Shown: positions 7,384 to 16,217 of the stretch, one piece after another
How the letters are laid out: every line of letters starts with the position of its first letter
How positions within the stretch are numbered: the stretch's first letter is position 1
Source: Bryobacteraceae bacterium
GTDB taxonomy: Bacteria; Acidobacteriota; Terriglobia; Bryobacterales; Bryobacteraceae
Assembly: GCA_049579625.1 (NCBI GenBank)
Contig: JBAUOG010000798.1
Span: forward strand, 1 to 43,346
Length of the DNA: 43,346 bases
Reading direction: 5' to 3'
Notes under the pieces: model-generated
Database searches by the model: none
What the model was told of the DNA's origin: nothing
What the model saw: the letters and a program-made list of their open reading frames with translations, nothing else
Made by a program: the position numbers and the translations under genes

Positions 7384-9936
7384 ATGCCGTATTCCGTTCA
7401 ACCGTTAAAGGAACTGCTGGTTCGTCCGGCCATTCCCGCTTCACTGGGCCGACTGTTCGAGCTGGGTTACAACTTGGTCTGGAGTTGGGATCACTCCATC
7501 CGAGCTCTATTCCGCCGGCTGGATCCCGTCCTTTGGAAGGAATCTAATCACAACCCCATCAAGTTGCTCGGTATGCTGCCACAAGCGGCCCTTGATGCGG
7601 CCGCCTCCGACCCGCGGTATTTGGCGATGTACGACAAAGCGTGCAAACGTTTTGACGAATACATGGCGAGGAATGAGCACAGGCCGGGCGACCCGGCGAT
7701 CGCTTATTTCTCCATGGAGTACGGACTGCTCGACTGTATGCAGATCTACTCGGGCGGTCTCGGCGTTCTCTCCGGTGACCACATGAAGGCGGCCAGTGAT
7801 TCCTCGATGCCGCTGGTGGGCGTGGGCCTCCTCTACCAAAAGGGCTATCTGCAGCAGTCCCTGAATCCGGATGGTTGGCAGCAGGAGCGCACCCCGCTGA
7901 ATGATTTCTACACGTTGCCGGTCCGTCCCTGCCTCGATAAGTCCGGCAACGAGGTTGTGGTCAGCGTGCTGCTGCCGGCCGGCGAGACATGGATTAAGGT
8001 CTGGCACATCGATATCGGGCGTGTGACGCTGTATCTGCTCGACACGAACACTCCGCTGAACCAATCGCAGGAATATCGCGAGATTACAGACCAGCTCTAC
8101 GGCGGCGACTACCATAAGCGCATTCGCCAGGAGATCGTACTGGGTATTGGGGGTCTGCGGGCGCTCGCCAGTGTGGGCTACCGGCCAACGGTTTACCACA
8201 TGAACGAAGGGCATTCGGCCTTTCTGGGTCTGGAGCGAGCCCGGGTGTTGATGCAAGACCACGGGCTGACCTTTGAGCAGGCCCTCGAGGCCACCCGAGT
8301 TAGTAATGTCTTCACGACTCATACGTCAGTGCCGGCCGGAATCGATCTGTTTGACTCCGGTGTGATGTTCGATTACTTCGGCAGGTATGTGGAGCAGGCG
8401 GGAATCCCATTCGAGAAGCTGATGCGATTGGGACTGAAGAATGCGAATGATCCGGCCGAGCGCTTTTCGATGGCCGTGCTGGCGCTGAAGACATCGGCTT
8501 TCCGAAACGCGGTGAGCGTGCTGCATCGGAAGGTTTCGCAAGAGATGTTCCAGGACCTGTGGCCGAAGTTACCTGCCGCGGAGGTGCCGGTCACGTCCAT
8601 CACCAACGGTGTACACACGCCCAGTTGGGTGAATGGCGATCTGGCAAAGCTCTACGATCAATACCTCCAGCCTGACTGGCGAGAGCAGTTAGAAGACAGC
8701 AAGGTTTGGCGCCTGGTGAATGAAATCCCCTCCCCGGAACTGTGGGAAGTGCATCGCAAGCGCAAGCGGCGCATGGTTGCCTTCATCCGCGAGCGGGCCA
8801 GGGCAGCGGCCATCCTGCGCAAGGCTCCCGCCTCTGAGATCCAACGGATGTCGGAGGTGCTCGATCCGGAGGCCTTCACCATCGGCTTTGCCCGCCGGTT
8901 TGCCACGTATAAGCGGGCCACCTTGGTGCTTCGCGACGTAGCGCGGCTTAAGAAGATCCTGAACAATCCGGATATGCCGGTTCAGATTGTCATTGCCGGC
9001 AAAGCGCACCCGAAGGATAATCCCGGCAAGACTTTCATTCGAGAGATTGTCAGTCTGTCGCGCGATCCGGATATCTCGCGTCGGCTCGTTTTTGTAGAGG
9101 ACTACGGCATCCAGGTCGCGCGTGAAATGATCCAGAGCGTCGATGTCTGGCTAAACAACCCGCAAAGAGGTGAAGAGGCTTGCGGCACCAGCGGCATGAA
9201 GGCGTCAATGAACGGCGTGCTCAACCTCAGTGTTTTAGACGGCTGGTTTGACGAAGCGTATGAGTATTCCGGTGGCTGGGCCATTGGAAATCGCGAACCG
9301 TATTCCGAAGGTCAGGACGAGATCCATGCCAGCGCCATTTACTCCACGCTTGAAAATGAGATTGTTCCCATGTATTACGAACATCGTGATCAAGGTGTGC
9401 CCATAGAATGGGTGCGTCGCATGAAGACATGCATCGCGCACATTACACCGCAGTTTAGTTCCGGGCGCATGGTGGCGGAGTACATGTCCGATCTATACGT
9501 GCCGGCGCACAAAGAGTGGACCAAAGCCTCGGCTGACGATTTTGCGGTGGCCCGGCAGAAGACGGTCTGGGAAGCGCGAATCCAGGAAGCCTGGGGCAAC
9601 GTGAAGTTCCTAGAAGTAAGCGCGGGACCCGACCAGACCATCTTGAATGGGGCCCTGCTTCCATTGCGCGCTGTGGCCGATTTGGGCGGGTTAAAGCCGA
9701 GTGAAGTACGAGTGGAGGCAATCATAGGTCGAATCGGCGTGACGGGCCAGCTGGAGGATTCGAAGACCGTGCCGCTGGCGGCCGTCGAACAGAAAGGCGA
9801 TGCGTTTGTCTTCGCCAGCCAATATCAAATCCGGGAGACCGGTAGGCTGGGTTTCTCTATGCGTATCAGTCCCAATCATTTTGAGAACCCTCTCACGCGG
9901 CCTTGCAATGCGCCCTTGAAGTGGGTCTCCGAATAG
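7384..9936 (+). CDS. glgP: Alpha-glucan (glycogen/starch) phosphorylase
   Basis: YFSMEYG, YSGGLGVLSGDH, NEGH, FTTHT, ITNGVH, FARRFATYKRA and EACGTSGMKA (PLP lysine) motifs. Confidence 0.97.
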   Translation: MPYSVQPLKELLVRPAIPASLGRLFELGYNLVWSWDHSIRALFRRLDPVLWKESNHNPIKLLGMLPQAALDAAASDPRYLAMYDKACKRFDEYMARNEHRPGDPAIAYFSMEYGLLDCMQIYSGGLGVLSGDHMKAASDSSMPLVGVGLLYQKGYLQQSLNPDGWQQERTPLNDFYTLPVRPCLDKSGNEVVVSVLLPAGETWIKVWHIDIGRVTLYLLDTNTPLNQSQEYREITDQLYGGDYHKRIRQEIVLGIGGLRALASVGYRPTVYHMNEGHSAFLGLERARVLMQDHGLTFEQALEATRVSNVFTTHTSVPAGIDLFDSGVMFDYFGRYVEQAGIPFEKLMRLGLKNANDPAERFSMAVLALKTSAFRNAVSVLHRKVSQEMFQDLWPKLPAAEVPVTSITNGVHTPSWVNGDLAKLYDQYLQPDWREQLEDSKVWRLVNEIPSPELWEVHRKRKRRMVAFIRERARAAAILRKAPASEIQRMSEVLDPEAFTIGFARRFATYKRATLVLRDVARLKKILNNPDMPVQIVIAGKAHPKDNPGKTFIREIVSLSRDPDISRRLVFVEDYGIQVAREMIQSVDVWLNNPQRGEEACGTSGMKASMNGVLNLSVLDGWFDEAYEYSGGWAIGNREPYSEGQDEIHASAIYSTLENEIVPMYYEHRDQGVPIEWVRRMKTCIAHITPQFSSGRMVAEYMSDLYVPAHKEWTKASADDFAVARQKTVWEARIQEAWGNVKFLEVSAGPDQTILNGALLPLRAVADLGGLKPSEVRVEAIIGRIGVTGQLEDSKTVPLAAVEQKGDAFVFASQYQIRETGRLGFSMRISPNHFENPLTRPCNAPLKWVSE

Positions 9937-9948
9937 GGCTCCCTGTGG

Positions 9949-9988
9949 CCTGGGGTTTACTACTCATAATCCTGGGACAAACCCCAGG
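9949..9988 (+). terminator. Inverted repeat after glgP (possible terminator or stability hairpin)
   Basis: Perfect 10-bp arms cctggggttt / aaaccccagg, 12 nt after the glgP stop. The U-tract is weak. Confidence 0.45.
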
Positions 9989-10048
9989 TTATGTGGAAAT
10001 GTTAGGATTGTACTAGCGCTGTCAACCGATCCATGGTACATAGTTACT

Positions 10049-10159
10049 AGGTGCAAGCGGAGCCAGACCTCAGTTGGCCTCCCGAAATTTGGGTTCCGCA
10101 TCCTTCAAGGAGTTCCGGCGCCTTCCTCGAGCCAAGCCGATTCGTCTGGAACTGCATCT
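10049..10159 (+). ncRNA. Candidate structured RNA (sRNA or cis-regulatory leader), class unknown
   Basis: Nested stems aggtgca/tgcatct, ccagac/gtctgg and ttggc/gccaa enclose hairpins cccga..ttggg and tcct-tca-agga; followed by a terminator. Confidence 0.45.
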
Positions 10160-10170
10160 GATTTACGCCT

Positions 10171-10222
10171 GTGACCAGTCTCAAACTCCGATCAACTGTT
10201 TCGCGACTGGGTCACTCTTTTT
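10171..10222 (+). terminator. Rho-independent terminator upstream of the Cys-rich gene
   Basis: Stem gtgaccagtc...gactgggtcac followed by tcttttt. Confidence 0.65.
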
Positions 10223-10250
10223 GTAATCTCTAAGGAGCCGATCAACGACG

Positions 10251-10736
10251 ATGGACGGAGATCGCAGATATAAACAGCGGGGATACCAGGAGTCCGACCG
10301 AAATGACTCATATCGGTCCGACCGCCCCAAGCAGCAAGGCTCGCGTCCTCCCCTGGACATCACGGGCCCGAAGCTTCCTCGGCTTGTTCAAAGTGTGGTT
10401 GCGTCGCGCTGCTACAGTTGCGCGATGGCGTTACCCGCCGACACCGACTTTCGAGGCAATTGCCCCAAGTGCGGTACGGCCCTGCATTGCTGTAAGCAGT
10501 GTGCCCACTTTGAGCCGTCGACGCGCTTCCAGTGCTTGAAACCAATCCCAGAGCGGATTCCGGTGAAAGACGCAGGCAATCAATGCAGTCTTTTCTCGCC
10601 GAGAGTGACGGTGGCCCGCGACGGGTTGCCCAGCGGTAGCGTCCAGAACGGTTCGCGTCCGGACGTGTCGCCGCAAGCCACACCTCGATCCGCCACGGAT
10701 GCGCGGGAAGCTTTCAACAATCTGTTCAAGAAATAG
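10251..10736 (+). CDS. Cys-rich (zinc-ribbon-like) hypothetical protein
   Basis: CYSC, CPKC, CCKQC and further Cys residues; AAGGAG upstream; ends REAFNNLFKK. Confidence 0.75.
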   Translation: MDGDRRYKQRGYQESDRNDSYRSDRPKQQGSRPPLDITGPKLPRLVQSVVASRCYSCAMALPADTDFRGNCPKCGTALHCCKQCAHFEPSTRFQCLKPIPERIPVKDAGNQCSLFSPRVTVARDGLPSGSVQNGSRPDVSPQATPRSATDAREAFNNLFKK

Positions 10737-10864
10737 ATGTTCGACGTGGTGCGGGCCGCCAGGCCTGCTGTGTCGAGATTCTTCTCGACATTTGTTGATC
10801 GGCCTTGAAACATCCCTTGTCTTCGGCACGCGCTGCCGGGCTCGCCCAGTAAGCTGTTAGATGC

Positions 10865-11014
10865 ATGGGAGCCACAAGAATTAAGAAAGCATCGAAGCAG
10901 CAGCTATCGGAGAAGTCGCGCCGCCAAGGGGCGATTCCGTGTGTTGTGCTGTTGGTGCTGGGAATTATCGCGCTGAGCCTCATCTTTTTCTTCGCGCTGC
11001 GCTCTGGATTTTGA
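10865..11014 (+). CDS. Small single-pass membrane protein (49 aa)
   Basis: Manual translation MGATRIKKASKQQLSEKSRRQGAIPCVVLLVLGIIALSLIFFFALRSGF*: basic N-terminus plus one TM helix. Stop lies 15 nt before the rph start. Below the ORF-track size cutoff. Confidence 0.65.
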   Translation: MGATRIKKASKQQLSEKSRRQGAIPCVVLLVLGIIALSLIFFFALRSGF

Positions 11015-11029
11015 GAGGTAAGAGAACAC

Positions 11030-11755
11030 ATGAGAATTGACGGACGCGCCGCGAATCAAGCCCGCCCGCTGAAGATTACAACCGACTATCTCATTACCGC
11101 GGAAGGGTCGGTGCTAATTGAAGTAGGTAACACACGGGTGCTGTGCGCCGCGACGGTTGAAGATAGCGTGCCTGCGTTTCTTCGCAACACCGGCAAAGGC
11201 TGGGTGACTGCGGAATATTCGATGCTGCCAAGGGCTACAGGAACCAGGACCGCACGCGAGGTCACCAAAGGCAAGCCATCCGGCCGCACCCAGGAAATCC
11301 AGCGGCTGATTGGCCGGTCGTTACGGGCTGCGATGGATCTGGACGTCCTGGGTGAACGCAGCGTGATTGTCGATTGTGATGTCATTCAGGCCGACGGCGG
11401 AACAAGAACCGCTGCCATCACGGGAGCCTGGGTGGCGCTGGCCATAGCTATGGATAAGCTGGTGCGTTACAAGAGGGTGTTGAAGTCTCCGCTGCTTGAT
11501 TCCGTTGCTGCCACCAGCGTAGGGATGCTGGCCGGCGTGCCGCTGCTTGATCTTTGCTATGAAGAGGACTCGCGCGCGGAAGTAGACATGAATGTCGTCA
11601 TGACGGGCAGTGGCCGGTTCGTTGAGGTCCAGGCGACCGCCGAGAAATCGAGCTTTGATGACGGCCAGATGGCCGCCTTGCTGGCCTTGGCCAAACAAGG
11701 CATCGCGGACCTGTCCTTGCAGCAAAAGCAAGCCCTGAACCGCCCGAAGGCATAG
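11030..11755 (+). CDS. rph: Ribonuclease PH
   Basis: [60 protein letters not shown]. Confidence 0.98.
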   Translation: MRIDGRAANQARPLKITTDYLITAEGSVLIEVGNTRVLCAATVEDSVPAFLRNTGKGWVTAEYSMLPRATGTRTAREVTKGKPSGRTQEIQRLIGRSLRAAMDLDVLGERSVIVDCDVIQADGGTRTAAITGAWVALAIAMDKLVRYKRVLKSPLLDSVAATSVGMLAGVPLLDLCYEEDSRAEVDMNVVMTGSGRFVEVQATAEKSSFDDGQMAALLALAKQGIADLSLQQKQALNRPKA

Positions 11756-11764
11756 ATCCGGGAC

Positions 11765-12382
11765 ATGATTATCTACGCCGCCACCAGCAATGCAGGCAAG
11801 CTGCGGGAGATGCTGCTCGCAAGTTCAGAAGCCGGCATCACTCACGTCCACATCCAACCACTGCCGGGCCTGCGAGACCTTCCAGCGCCGGAGGAAGACG
11901 GTGCCACGTTCGAAGAAAACGCCAGGCTGAAGGCGCTTTATTACTCACAGTACACGGAGGAGCCAGTGCTGGTGGAAGACTCCGGGCTCGAGGTGCAGGC
12001 GCTCGATGGAGCTCCGGGTGTTCGCTCGGCCCGCTTTGCTGGGGAAGCGACGACGGACGCGGAGAACAACGCTCGGCTGCTTGAGGAACTGAAGGGCATT
12101 TCGGATCGCCGCGCGCGGTTCGTGTCAGTGGTCGTTCTGGCTCGCCAGGGCCAAGTGCTGAGCGTGACGCGAGGGACTGTTGAGGGCCAGATTCTTGAGG
12201 CGCCCCGCGGAACTCAGGGGTTTGGGTACGACCCGTTATTCTTTTTTCCCGCCCTTGGCTGTGCCTTTGCGGAGGTGCCGGCGGACCGCAAGTTTCAGGT
12301 GAGCCATCGCGGGAACGCGCTGCGAAGTTTGTTCCGAAATCTCGATCTGGGCGCCGAACGCCGTGAGTGGTTTAATGGATAG
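11765..12382 (+). CDS. rdgB: Non-canonical purine NTP pyrophosphatase (Ham1 family)
   Basis: ATSNAGK, FEENARLKA, EDSGL, APGVRSARF, GFGYDPLF, SHRG; classic rph-rdgB synteny. Confidence 0.96.
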   Translation: MIIYAATSNAGKLREMLLASSEAGITHVHIQPLPGLRDLPAPEEDGATFEENARLKALYYSQYTEEPVLVEDSGLEVQALDGAPGVRSARFAGEATTDAENNARLLEELKGISDRRARFVSVVVLARQGQVLSVTRGTVEGQILEAPRGTQGFGYDPLFFFPALGCAFAEVPADRKFQVSHRGNALRSLFRNLDLGAERREWFNG

Positions 12383-12395
12383 TTCCCTTATTAAG

Positions 12396-12423
12396 TCGAC
12401 ATTCCTGCTCCGTCCGATAAGAT
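12396..12423 (+). promoter_or_regulatory. Putative sigma70 promoter for a leaderless transcript
   Basis: TCGACA-16 nt-TAAGAT, then 6 nt to ATG 12430; no Shine-Dalgarno. Confidence 0.45.
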
Positions 12424-12429
12424 ACGTTC

Positions 12430-13305
12430 ATGCACGCCTATCTCCTTCATAACGGGGAAATCCACGCGACAAGCGAAAAGTTAATCTCGCCCGGTCAGGT
12501 TGGTTTCATGAACGGATGGGGTGTATTTACTACAATCCGCGTTTACGACGGCGTGCTGTTTGCCTATCAACGCCACTATGAGCGCATTGAGCGGGATGCC
12601 GTGCGCATGCGCGTGCCGCTGGACATCAGCGCCCACGATCTGGAGGAGATGCTGCTCCGGCTCGTGGAGGCCAACCATGCAGCCAATGCGACGTTACGAG
12701 TCGCCATTGTACGCAACAAAGGTGGTCTGTTCGAAGCACCCGGCATCGAACGTGCCGCGGATATCGTCGCATTTACAGCCGACCTCAATCCCTGGGGAAA
12801 CGCTGTGCGGCTTATGTACACGCCCCAGGGCCGCCATGCGGCATCTGAATTCGCCGGTGCGAAGATCACGTCCTGGTCGCAGAATCTGGTTTGGAATGAA
12901 GAAGCGCACGAACGCGGCTTCGACGAAGTGATTCTGCTGAACGAGTTTGGACAGGTGAGCGAATGCACTTCCGCGAACATTTTCATCGTCCGCGGAAACC
13001 AGGTGTGGACTCCGCCTGTCGCGACGTCCGGCTGCTTGGCCGGCGTCACAAGGGCCGTGCTGCTCGAGGATATTCACATCGACGGCGTTCACCTGGAAGA
13101 GCATGACCTCCTGCCGGTTGACCTCGAGATTGCCGATCAGGTATTTATAACCTCAACCACCCGGGACCTCCTGCCAGTAACAGAGATCGAAGGACGCGCG
13201 TTGAACCAGTCACCAGAGTTGTTTGGCCGGTTGAAGAATGGGTTCCTTGCTTATCAGATGGAATATGCGGCTTTGCGTAGAAAAGCAGAAGCGGTTGGTC
13301 CGTGA
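12430..13305 (+). CDS. Class IV PLP aminotransferase (IlvE/PabC-like)
   Basis: GVFTTIR, HYERI, PLP Lys in GAKITSW, ECTSANIF, GCLAGVTR, ITSTT. Confidence 0.88.
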   Translation: MHAYLLHNGEIHATSEKLISPGQVGFMNGWGVFTTIRVYDGVLFAYQRHYERIERDAVRMRVPLDISAHDLEEMLLRLVEANHAANATLRVAIVRNKGGLFEAPGIERAADIVAFTADLNPWGNAVRLMYTPQGRHAASEFAGAKITSWSQNLVWNEEAHERGFDEVILLNEFGQVSECTSANIFIVRGNQVWTPPVATSGCLAGVTRAVLLEDIHIDGVHLEEHDLLPVDLEIADQVFITSTTRDLLPVTEIEGRALNQSPELFGRLKNGFLAYQMEYAALRRKAEAVGP

Positions 13306-14060
13306 ACATACCGAGCCTGGAATGTGCAAACTGCGGCAGTAAACAGATCCGGCGGGCCCGGTATGCTAACTGGGCTGAGCGGCTGCGCGGGGTACTGGGT
13401 ATCCATCCGTTTCGCTGCAGGCGGTGCACTCACCGCTTCTCGGTTAGCATCTGGCTGTTCGGAAAGCTGCGCTATGCCAAGTGCCCCCGCTGTTTGCGGC
13501 TGGAACTTACAACGTGGTCGCGCCGTTATTACAAAGTCGGTTTCCTGAACAACTTTCTGGTTGCATTCGGCGCGCAGAAATATCGCTGTGCGAGCTGCCG
13601 CTGTAACTTCGTCAGTTTTCGTCCCAGAAAAGCCACGGTGAAGTCCAATGAGCAGCCGGAAAGCAGCTCAGACAAAGGCCCGAATCAGCCCGATGGCCAT
13701 CGTGACGTTGACAACGCCCAGTCCGGAGTTCCGCCAGAGCCGGAAGAGAGCACGGTGCGGGAGGTCCTGCAAACAACCACGGTTGACACTAAACCATCCG
13801 AGCATCGGGATTCACCGAATCAGACTCCGGTGCCTCAGGCTGTGGCTCCTGCCGCCATCCAGTTTAGTCTGGCCTCAATTGAGACCGGCGTCGCCCCTGA
13901 ACCCACCCAGGAAGCACCAGAACAAGCGGAGCCAGTGAAGGCAGGATCAAAGGCCGCAAGCTCCTCGCCCGGAAAGACTGTCCGGAAGAAGACCACTACT
14001 CGAAAGAAGTTGAATCAAGAGCCGCCGCCAGAAGAGCTAAGCGGCCTCTCAAACGGGTAA
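13302..14060 (+). CDS. Hypothetical protein with tandem zinc ribbons and a low-complexity tail
   Basis: CANC..CRRC and CPRC..CASC units followed by a Pro/Glu/Thr/Lys-rich tail. GTG start overlaps the upstream stop (GTGA). Confidence 0.7.
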   Translation: MNIPSLECANCGSKQIRRARYANWAERLRGVLGIHPFRCRRCTHRFSVSIWLFGKLRYAKCPRCLRLELTTWSRRYYKVGFLNNFLVAFGAQKYRCASCRCNFVSFRPRKATVKSNEQPESSSDKGPNQPDGHRDVDNAQSGVPPEPEESTVREVLQTTTVDTKPSEHRDSPNQTPVPQAVAPAAIQFSLASIETGVAPEPTQEAPEQAEPVKAGSKAASSSPGKTVRKKTTTRKKLNQEPPPEELSGLSNG

Positions 14061-14603
14061 GCTGGCTGCCCTTTCGCGAGTCACGCGAGACAACGCCAGT
14101 AAGCAGCCTAGCTGCTCGCCGATGGTGCTCAGCATTTCCATGTCGCTTCCAGTGTGACTGTGTGCCAGGCGATGTTGGACGTTAATGACGCCCACCACCT
14201 TGCCTTGCGACATAATCGGAGCCGACAGGAACGCTTCGAAAGTATCTTCCGGCAAGTCCTTGAAAAACTTAAAACGCGGATCGTTGTAGCTCTCGCGGGA
14301 GATTGCCAGCAGCCGCCGCTCGCGCGCCACCCACCCGGTTAGACCTTCGTTCAATTTGAGGCGCACTTTGCCAAGGTTCTCACGGGTTGGCGCGTTTGAA
14401 GCGCATAGCACCAGTTCGCTATCTTCAACCAGATAGATCAGGCACGACTCACAGGTCATGAACTCGCACACCAGTTCGACCACGTGCTCCAGGATGTTCT
14501 CAAAACTTATATCTCGAGCCATTAATCGGCTAACACGCTGGAAAAGGCGCAGTTGCTGTTCTGCCCTCTCCAGACGAATTTCCAATTCCCGGGCTTTTGA
14601 CAC
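14049..14603 (-). CDS. Stand-alone GAF domain protein (PtsP/GAF-ANTAR-type GAF)
   Basis: LKLNEGLTGWVA, DPRFKFF, FLSAPI and VVGVINVQH motifs; N-terminal coiled coil; no output domain. Confidence 0.85.
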   Translation of the reverse strand: MSKARELEIRLERAEQQLRLFQRVSRLMARDISFENILEHVVELVCEFMTCESCLIYLVEDSELVLCASNAPTRENLGKVRLKLNEGLTGWVARERRLLAISRESYNDPRFKFFKDLPEDTFEAFLSAPIMSQGKVVGVINVQHRLAHSHTGSDMEMLSTIGEQLGCLLALSRVTRERAASLPV

Positions 14604-14735
14604 CGAATTGATTATCCCAAATCTTGATCGGCATCTTGCGGCGAAAAGAAGTTGTCGTCATTTGCGCTCCATTCTCGTCTTCCTTCCTGAAGTAGTACTA
14701 TAAAAAGCAAACGTTTTGAGGAGGCCCCTGTTCCG

Positions 14736-15293
14736 ATGTGGAGCAAACGGAAAGAAGACGAATACCCGCCGAAGCCGATTCAACCCGCGCCGCCGGCCGT
14801 AGACCCCATAAGGAGAGAACCGAGTACTATGTCAAGTCCGACCAGAAGTTTCGATCCGGAGCCACTTCCGCGCGCAGGAGGCACTGCTTCATTGGGAAAG
14901 AACGTGACGGTTAAAGGACAGATCTTCAGTCGCGAAGACCTGACCGTCGACGGCGAAGTGGAAGGGACCATTGAATGTCATGAGCATCGCTTGACCATTG
15001 GGCCGAACGCGCGCGTCCAAGCGGGTCTCAAAGCGCGCGAAGTCGTGATCTACGGCTCCATTCAGGGCAACGTTGAAGCCGCCGACAAGATCGACATTAA
15101 GAAAGAAGCGAAGCTGATCGGAGACATCAAAACTACCCGCATCATGATCGAGGACGGCGCCTACTTCAAGGGCAGCATCGACATCACAAAGGGCGCGGCG
15201 CCGCAAGCGGCTCGCCCAGCGGTACCTCCGCCTGCTCCAGCCGTTGGGCAAACGGCACCCCCCCCGGCGCCAGTGTTGCCAACAACGAAGTAA
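14736..15293 (+). CDS. Bactofilin (polymer-forming cytoskeletal protein, CcmA family)
   Basis: LGKNVTVKGQIFSREDLTVDGEVEGTI...GNV...IEDGAYFKGSI beta-helix; Pro-rich termini; GAGGAGG RBS. Confidence 0.92.
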   Translation: MWSKRKEDEYPPKPIQPAPPAVDPIRREPSTMSSPTRSFDPEPLPRAGGTASLGKNVTVKGQIFSREDLTVDGEVEGTIECHEHRLTIGPNARVQAGLKAREVVIYGSIQGNVEAADKIDIKKEAKLIGDIKTTRIMIEDGAYFKGSIDITKGAAPQAARPAVPPPAPAVGQTAPPPAPVLPTTK

Positions 15294-15369
15294 CATCTTG
15301 AGAGGGGGCTTAAAGAGCGGCTCGGGCGGCTGGCTCCCTTTTTACCTGAGATGAGTGGGGTGACCCTCC

Positions 15370-16077
15370 TTGTGGGACCGATTCCGGAAGATATCCAACG
15401 ATCCTGCCTCCGTTGAGCGCACCTCGAGTTCGGGCAACCGTCCAACGAACTCGAATGCTGTACGCTCGTCTTCTCGCAGCAAGGGTGTTCCTGCGTCCTT
15501 CACCAGGCAAAGCAGCGGATTCGAGCAGTTTGTAGGCGTGCTCCAAAGCCCCGAGACTTTGTCGGTTCTCGACTTGGCCGGCGCTAGCCAGGCCAACATC
15601 AGCTTCATAACCAATCTCGGTCACCGGCTGTCTTCGGATGACGTTTTGGCCACTATTGAGCAGTGCTTCGGCAAAGGCGACGACCTGGAGTCGCAACAGG
15701 TTTCTGCCAACTGTCAGCGCTTCCTTGACCAATCACTCAACTTCCCCGACCAGAGCTTCGATGCCGCACTTGTTTGGGATGCGTTGCAGTTCCTCACCTC
15801 GCCGCTGCTTGAGCAGACGGTCGATCGGCTGATGCGGGTCATGCGGCCGGGCGGGCTCATACTCGCCTTTTTCCATGCGGATCAAAAGGCATCGCAGATC
15901 CCAGTCCATCACTACCGGATCCAGGATCAGAAAACACTCTTGCTGACTCCGCGGGGTGACACCCGCCAGGTTCAGTACTTCAACAACCGAGCGCTTGAAC
16001 GGATGTTTGAGAAAGCACAATCGGTGAAGTTCTTCCTCACGCGCGATCACCTCCGGGAAGTGATCATACGCCGCTGA
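15370..16077 (+). CDS. Class I SAM-methyltransferase-like protein with degenerate motif I
   Basis: VLDLAGAS (no GxG), LNFPDQSFDAALVWD and MRPGGLILAFF motifs. Confidence 0.7.
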   Translation: MWDRFRKISNDPASVERTSSSGNRPTNSNAVRSSSRSKGVPASFTRQSSGFEQFVGVLQSPETLSVLDLAGASQANISFITNLGHRLSSDDVLATIEQCFGKGDDLESQQVSANCQRFLDQSLNFPDQSFDAALVWDALQFLTSPLLEQTVDRLMRVMRPGGLILAFFHADQKASQIPVHHYRIQDQKTLLLTPRGDTRQVQYFNNRALERMFEKAQSVKFFLTRDHLREVIIRR

Positions 16078-16142
16078 GCATTAGTATCTGCACAGTTGAT
16101 TGTCACCCCAGCGCTTGCCAGGCATCTGCGTGACAACTCCAG

Positions 16143-16176
16143 CACTGACCCGCGCGCGTGAGCAAGCGGGCCTAAC
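16143..16176 (-). repeat. REP-like palindrome, family B
   Basis: Reverse complement gttaggcccgcttgctcacgcgcgcgggtcagtg, similar to copies at 33811, 36147 and 40964; lies between convergent genes. Confidence 0.75.
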
Positions 16177-16217
16177 GAGCTGAGGCGTATGGCCTGCTTT
16201 GTTCCGGCTACGCCCGC

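Noticed and set aside
10049..10159. Identification as 6S RNA, SRP RNA or a cobalamin/SAM/c-di-GMP riboswitch
   Set aside because: I could not find the diagnostic conserved motifs of these families, so it is left unassigned pending an Rfam search.
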